The notes below the pieces were generated by a model. It made no database searches. It worked only from the letters and a program-made list of their open reading frames with translations, and was not told the origin of the DNA. A DNA stretch of 63,516 bases, filler included, from Reclinomonas americana ATCC 50394 (Eukaryota), in NCBI GenBank assembly GCA_048213135.1. It is 6 parts of 4 records of this genome, joined end to end, with 100 filler letters (N's around TTAATTAATTAA, not from the genome) between each part and the next. Parts side by side here need not be neighbours in the genome. Positions count along the whole stretch, not along the records: positions 58,124 to 61,471 come from PS015536.1; positions 61,572 to 63,516 come from PS015536.1; 4 more parts are not named here. The stretch is one strand, 5' to 3'. Numbering within the stretch: the first letter of the stretch is position 1; each line of letters starts with the position of its first letter. Made by a program: the position numbers and the translations under genes. Of the stretch, positions 60,424 through 63,516 are shown piece by piece.

Positions 60424-61471
60424 CTGGTGACCGACTTTTACCTGTACGGTACGCCGTTTTTTTGGTCTTCCATCTGATCGCATCTTCGTTGTCCAGCTCA
60501 TTTGCCTTGTTTTTTCCGCAGGCTGGGGCAAGTCGTTCCACTTTGCCGGCGCTCGCAAGGGCGAGTCGCTGGACTCCTCCATCTCCCGCTACCACCAGCG
60601 CCTGGTTGACGAGCTCGGCCTGAAGCCGGGCATGAAGGTGCTCGACTGCGGCTGCGGTGTCGGTGCGTTGTGCATGCACAGGGAGTCACACGAGCATTGA
60701 ATGCCGGCTGAATTATGCACTGCATAGGTGGTCCGCTGCGCGACATTCACCGCAAGTCCGGTGCCGATGTGACCGGCATCACCATTTGCCCGTACCAGGT
60801 GGAGAAGGGCAACGAGCTGTGCCGTGCGGAGGGTGTGGCCGATCACTGCCGCCTGGTCAAGGGCGACTTTTGCAAGCTCGACATGTTTGAGCCGAACTCC
60901 ATTGACGCTATTTACTGCATCGAGTCGACGTGCTACGCGCCCAAGCTGGAGATGCCGTACGGCGAGTTCATCCGCCTGCTGAAGCCCGGTGGCCGGTGCG
61001 TGCCCTCCTCTCTTTCTCTCTCTCTTTTGCAAGCAGTGTCTGTTTTGACGAAAGTGTGTGCTTGTGTGTGTCGTAGTCTGGCGGTGATGGAGTGGGTCAG
61101 CACGCCGGAGTACCGCCCCGACTTCCCGGAGCACAAGCGTGTGATTGACCTGATTGTGAAGGCCAACGCGCTGCCGCTGATGCGCAACTGCAGCGAGGTG
61201 GCGCCGGCTGGTCGCAACGTCGGCTTCAAGGTGCTGGAGGAGTACGACGAGATGGACAACCACGAGGTGCCGTGGTACCGCGAGCTGGAGAAGAAGTTTG
61301 GCTGGTCGATCCCATTGACCAAGTTCACCGTGCCGATTCTCGAGTTCCTGCGCCTCGCACCCAAGGGCACCACTGCCGTGCACGATGTTGCGTCTCATCG
61401 TCACGGAGAGAGAAAACAAAAGACTCACTATAATGTCTGTTGCAGTACCTGCTCAATGCTGGTCTGTCGTG
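60424..61471 (+). CDS. Sterol 24-C-methyltransferase (ERG6/SMT-like), partial
   Basis: LVTDFYLYGWGKSFHFA; LGLKPGMKVLDCGCGVGGPLRDI; VKGDF; IYCIESTCYAP; LLKPGG; RLAPKG. Confidence 0.9.
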
Positions 61472-62653
61472 NNNNNNNNNNNNNNNNNNNNNNNNNNNNN
61501 NNNNNNNNNNNNNNNTTAATTAATTAANNNNNNNNNNNNNNNNNNNNNNNNNNNNNNNNNNNNNNNNNNNNACAAAGAGGGAGAGGCAGGGAGGAGAGCA
61601 GGGAGGAGGGAGGAGAGAGAGAGAGGCAGAAGGATGCCTCATGACGAATAGGACGGTCTCGGCGCGAGTCATGACGAGGGTGCCCACAAAGAGAGAGGCA
61701 GGGAGGAGAGCAGCGAGGAGGGAGGAGAAAAGGGAGAATAAACAGCGGAAGAGTGACAATAGGAGCGTCCGCTGTCGTGGCACATGGATCAGCTGCTCCT
61801 CTGTTGACCACACAGACCCTGCACATTACAAGATCACACTCACACCTGTCCCTTCTCTCTCTCTCTCTCTCTCCCCTCTCACTCAACATCCACNNNNNNN
61901 NNNNNNNNNNNNNNNNNNNNNNNNNNNNNNNNNNNNNNNNNNNNNNNNNNNNNNNNNNNNNNNNNNNNNNNNNNNNNNNNNNNNNNNNNNNNNNNNNNNN
62001 NNNNNNNNNNNNNNNNNNNNNNNNNNNNNNNNNNNNNNNNNNNNNNNNNNNNNNNNNNNNNNNNNNNNNNNNNNNNNNNNNNNNNNNNNNNNNNNNNNNN
62101 NNNNNNNNNNNNNNNNNNNNNNNNNNNNNNNNNNNNNNNNNNNNNNNNNNNNNNNNNNNNNNNNNNNNNNNNNNNNNNNNNNNNNNNNNNNNNNNNNNNN
62201 NNNNNNNNNNNNNNNNNNNNNNNNNNNNNNNNNNNNNNNNNNNNNNNNNNNNNNNNNNNNNNNNNNNNNNNNNNNNNNNNNNNNNNNNNNNNNNNNNNNN
62301 NNNNNNNNNNNNNNNNNNNNNNNNNNNNNNNNNNNNNNNNNNNNNNNNNNNNNNNNNNNNNNNNNNNNNNNNNNNNNNNNNNNNNNNNNNNNNNNNNNNN
62401 NNNNNNNNNNNNNNNNNNNNNNNNNNNNNNNNNNNNNNNNNNNNNNNNNNNNNNNNNNNNNNNNNNNNNNNNNNNNNNNNNNNNNNNNNNNNNNNNNNNN
62501 NNNNNNNNNNNNNNNNNNNNNNNNNNNNNNNNNNNNNNNNNNNNNNNNNNNNNNNNNNNNNNNNNNNNNNNGGACACCCTCGTCATGACTCGCGCCGACA
62601 CCGTCCGCTTCTCCCAGCCTTTCTCTTACTCCCTCTGCCGACACCCTGCAGTG

Positions 62654-63516
62654 CGTGGAGCAAAAGCCGGATGTGCCGCGCAAGCACCGCATCATCATCT
62701 TCATGGAGCTGTGCGCCGGGCACGATCTGCAGGTGCATGTGGACATGAGCGGCGGCTCACTGAACGAGTCGACAGTGCGCACGTTTGCGCGGCAGCTGCT
62801 TCTCGGCCTGAATCACTTGCACAGTGTGGCGAACATTGTACATCGTGATCTGAAGGTCAGTGTTGTTGTTGTCGTGTCAACAGATGCCAGCGCGTCGGAA
62901 CTGAGAATTTTTTTTTTAATTGACAGCCGCAAAACATTCTGCTGGATGACCAGAGCGCGTGCATCAAGATCTCCGACTTTGGTCTGTCGCGCATGTTGGG
63001 TGTGCACGATTTTGTACAAGGCACGCAATGTGGAACCCCGCTGTATGTGAGTTGCAGTCGTTGTGTGTGAGGGCGGGTCTCTTGTGTGTGAGGGCGGGTC
63101 TCTCGGTTGTGGCATTGGTGGCTGACAATTTTTTCTTGGCGCAGATGGTGCGCAGCACGTACCAGAATCTGTGGGAAATTGTGATTGCTGTTCCTCACTT
63201 GATATCTGTGCATAGGCTCCAGAGATGTTCCTGCCGGGTGTATACTTTGGCCAGAAAGTGGATGTGTGGGTACGTGACGAGTCTGCGTCTGTGTGCCGTA
63301 CATGCGCAACGCTCACTCCATTCTTCGTCGCAGTCCGCCGGCTGCATCGTGTGGTACATGATGACGGGCACAGTGCGTTCATCCACCCCCATTGTTTCGC
63401 TTTCTGTGTGTCGCTGCGTCACTCAATCTCCTGCACAGCACTTTATCCGCGCTCGCACAAAACCCGAACTGCTTCAGTGCATGACGAACATTCTGTTCCA
63501 CACCGGTCCACTCAAA
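62654..63516 (+). CDS. Ser/Thr protein kinase, partial
   Basis: IFMELCAG, IVHRDLKPQNILL, IKISDFGLSR, CGTPLYMAPE, KVDVW. Confidence 0.9.

Overview
Draft-assembly window from a GC-rich, intron-rich, probably flagellated microbial eukaryote. It has many N gaps, five artificial N44-TTAATTAATTAA-N44 linkers and pyrosequencing-like noise beside microsatellites. Host genes: a large NHL/FN3-like/cadherin/PAN surface protein, PHYHD1-like dioxygenase, an LRR protein, TOP3B, a CD36-family receptor, CFAP36, a STAND-NTPase-TPR protein, CCDC25, a sterol methyltransferase and a Ser/Thr kinase. There are also decayed RLE-type non-LTR retrotransposon ends and a ~1.9 kb tandem gene duplication. The main feature is a sharply AT-rich, intron-less island at ~16116-29681 with the gene set of an endogenous Polinton-like virus (PLV)/virophage-related element. 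It encodes major and minor capsid proteins, an A32-like packaging ATPase, a parvovirus-type PLA2, a fibre-like protein, Tlr6F, a GIY-YIG-AP2 nuclease, the tail of an SF1 helicase, a short exonuclease-less PolB-like protein and two divergent rve integrases. A shared promoter-like motif (TTAAAGAA, 26-28 nt before ATG) occurs on two of its contigs. The island spans three linker-joined contigs, so single-element status and true integration are inferred, not proven. All family calls come from motif recognition by eye; no database searches were run.
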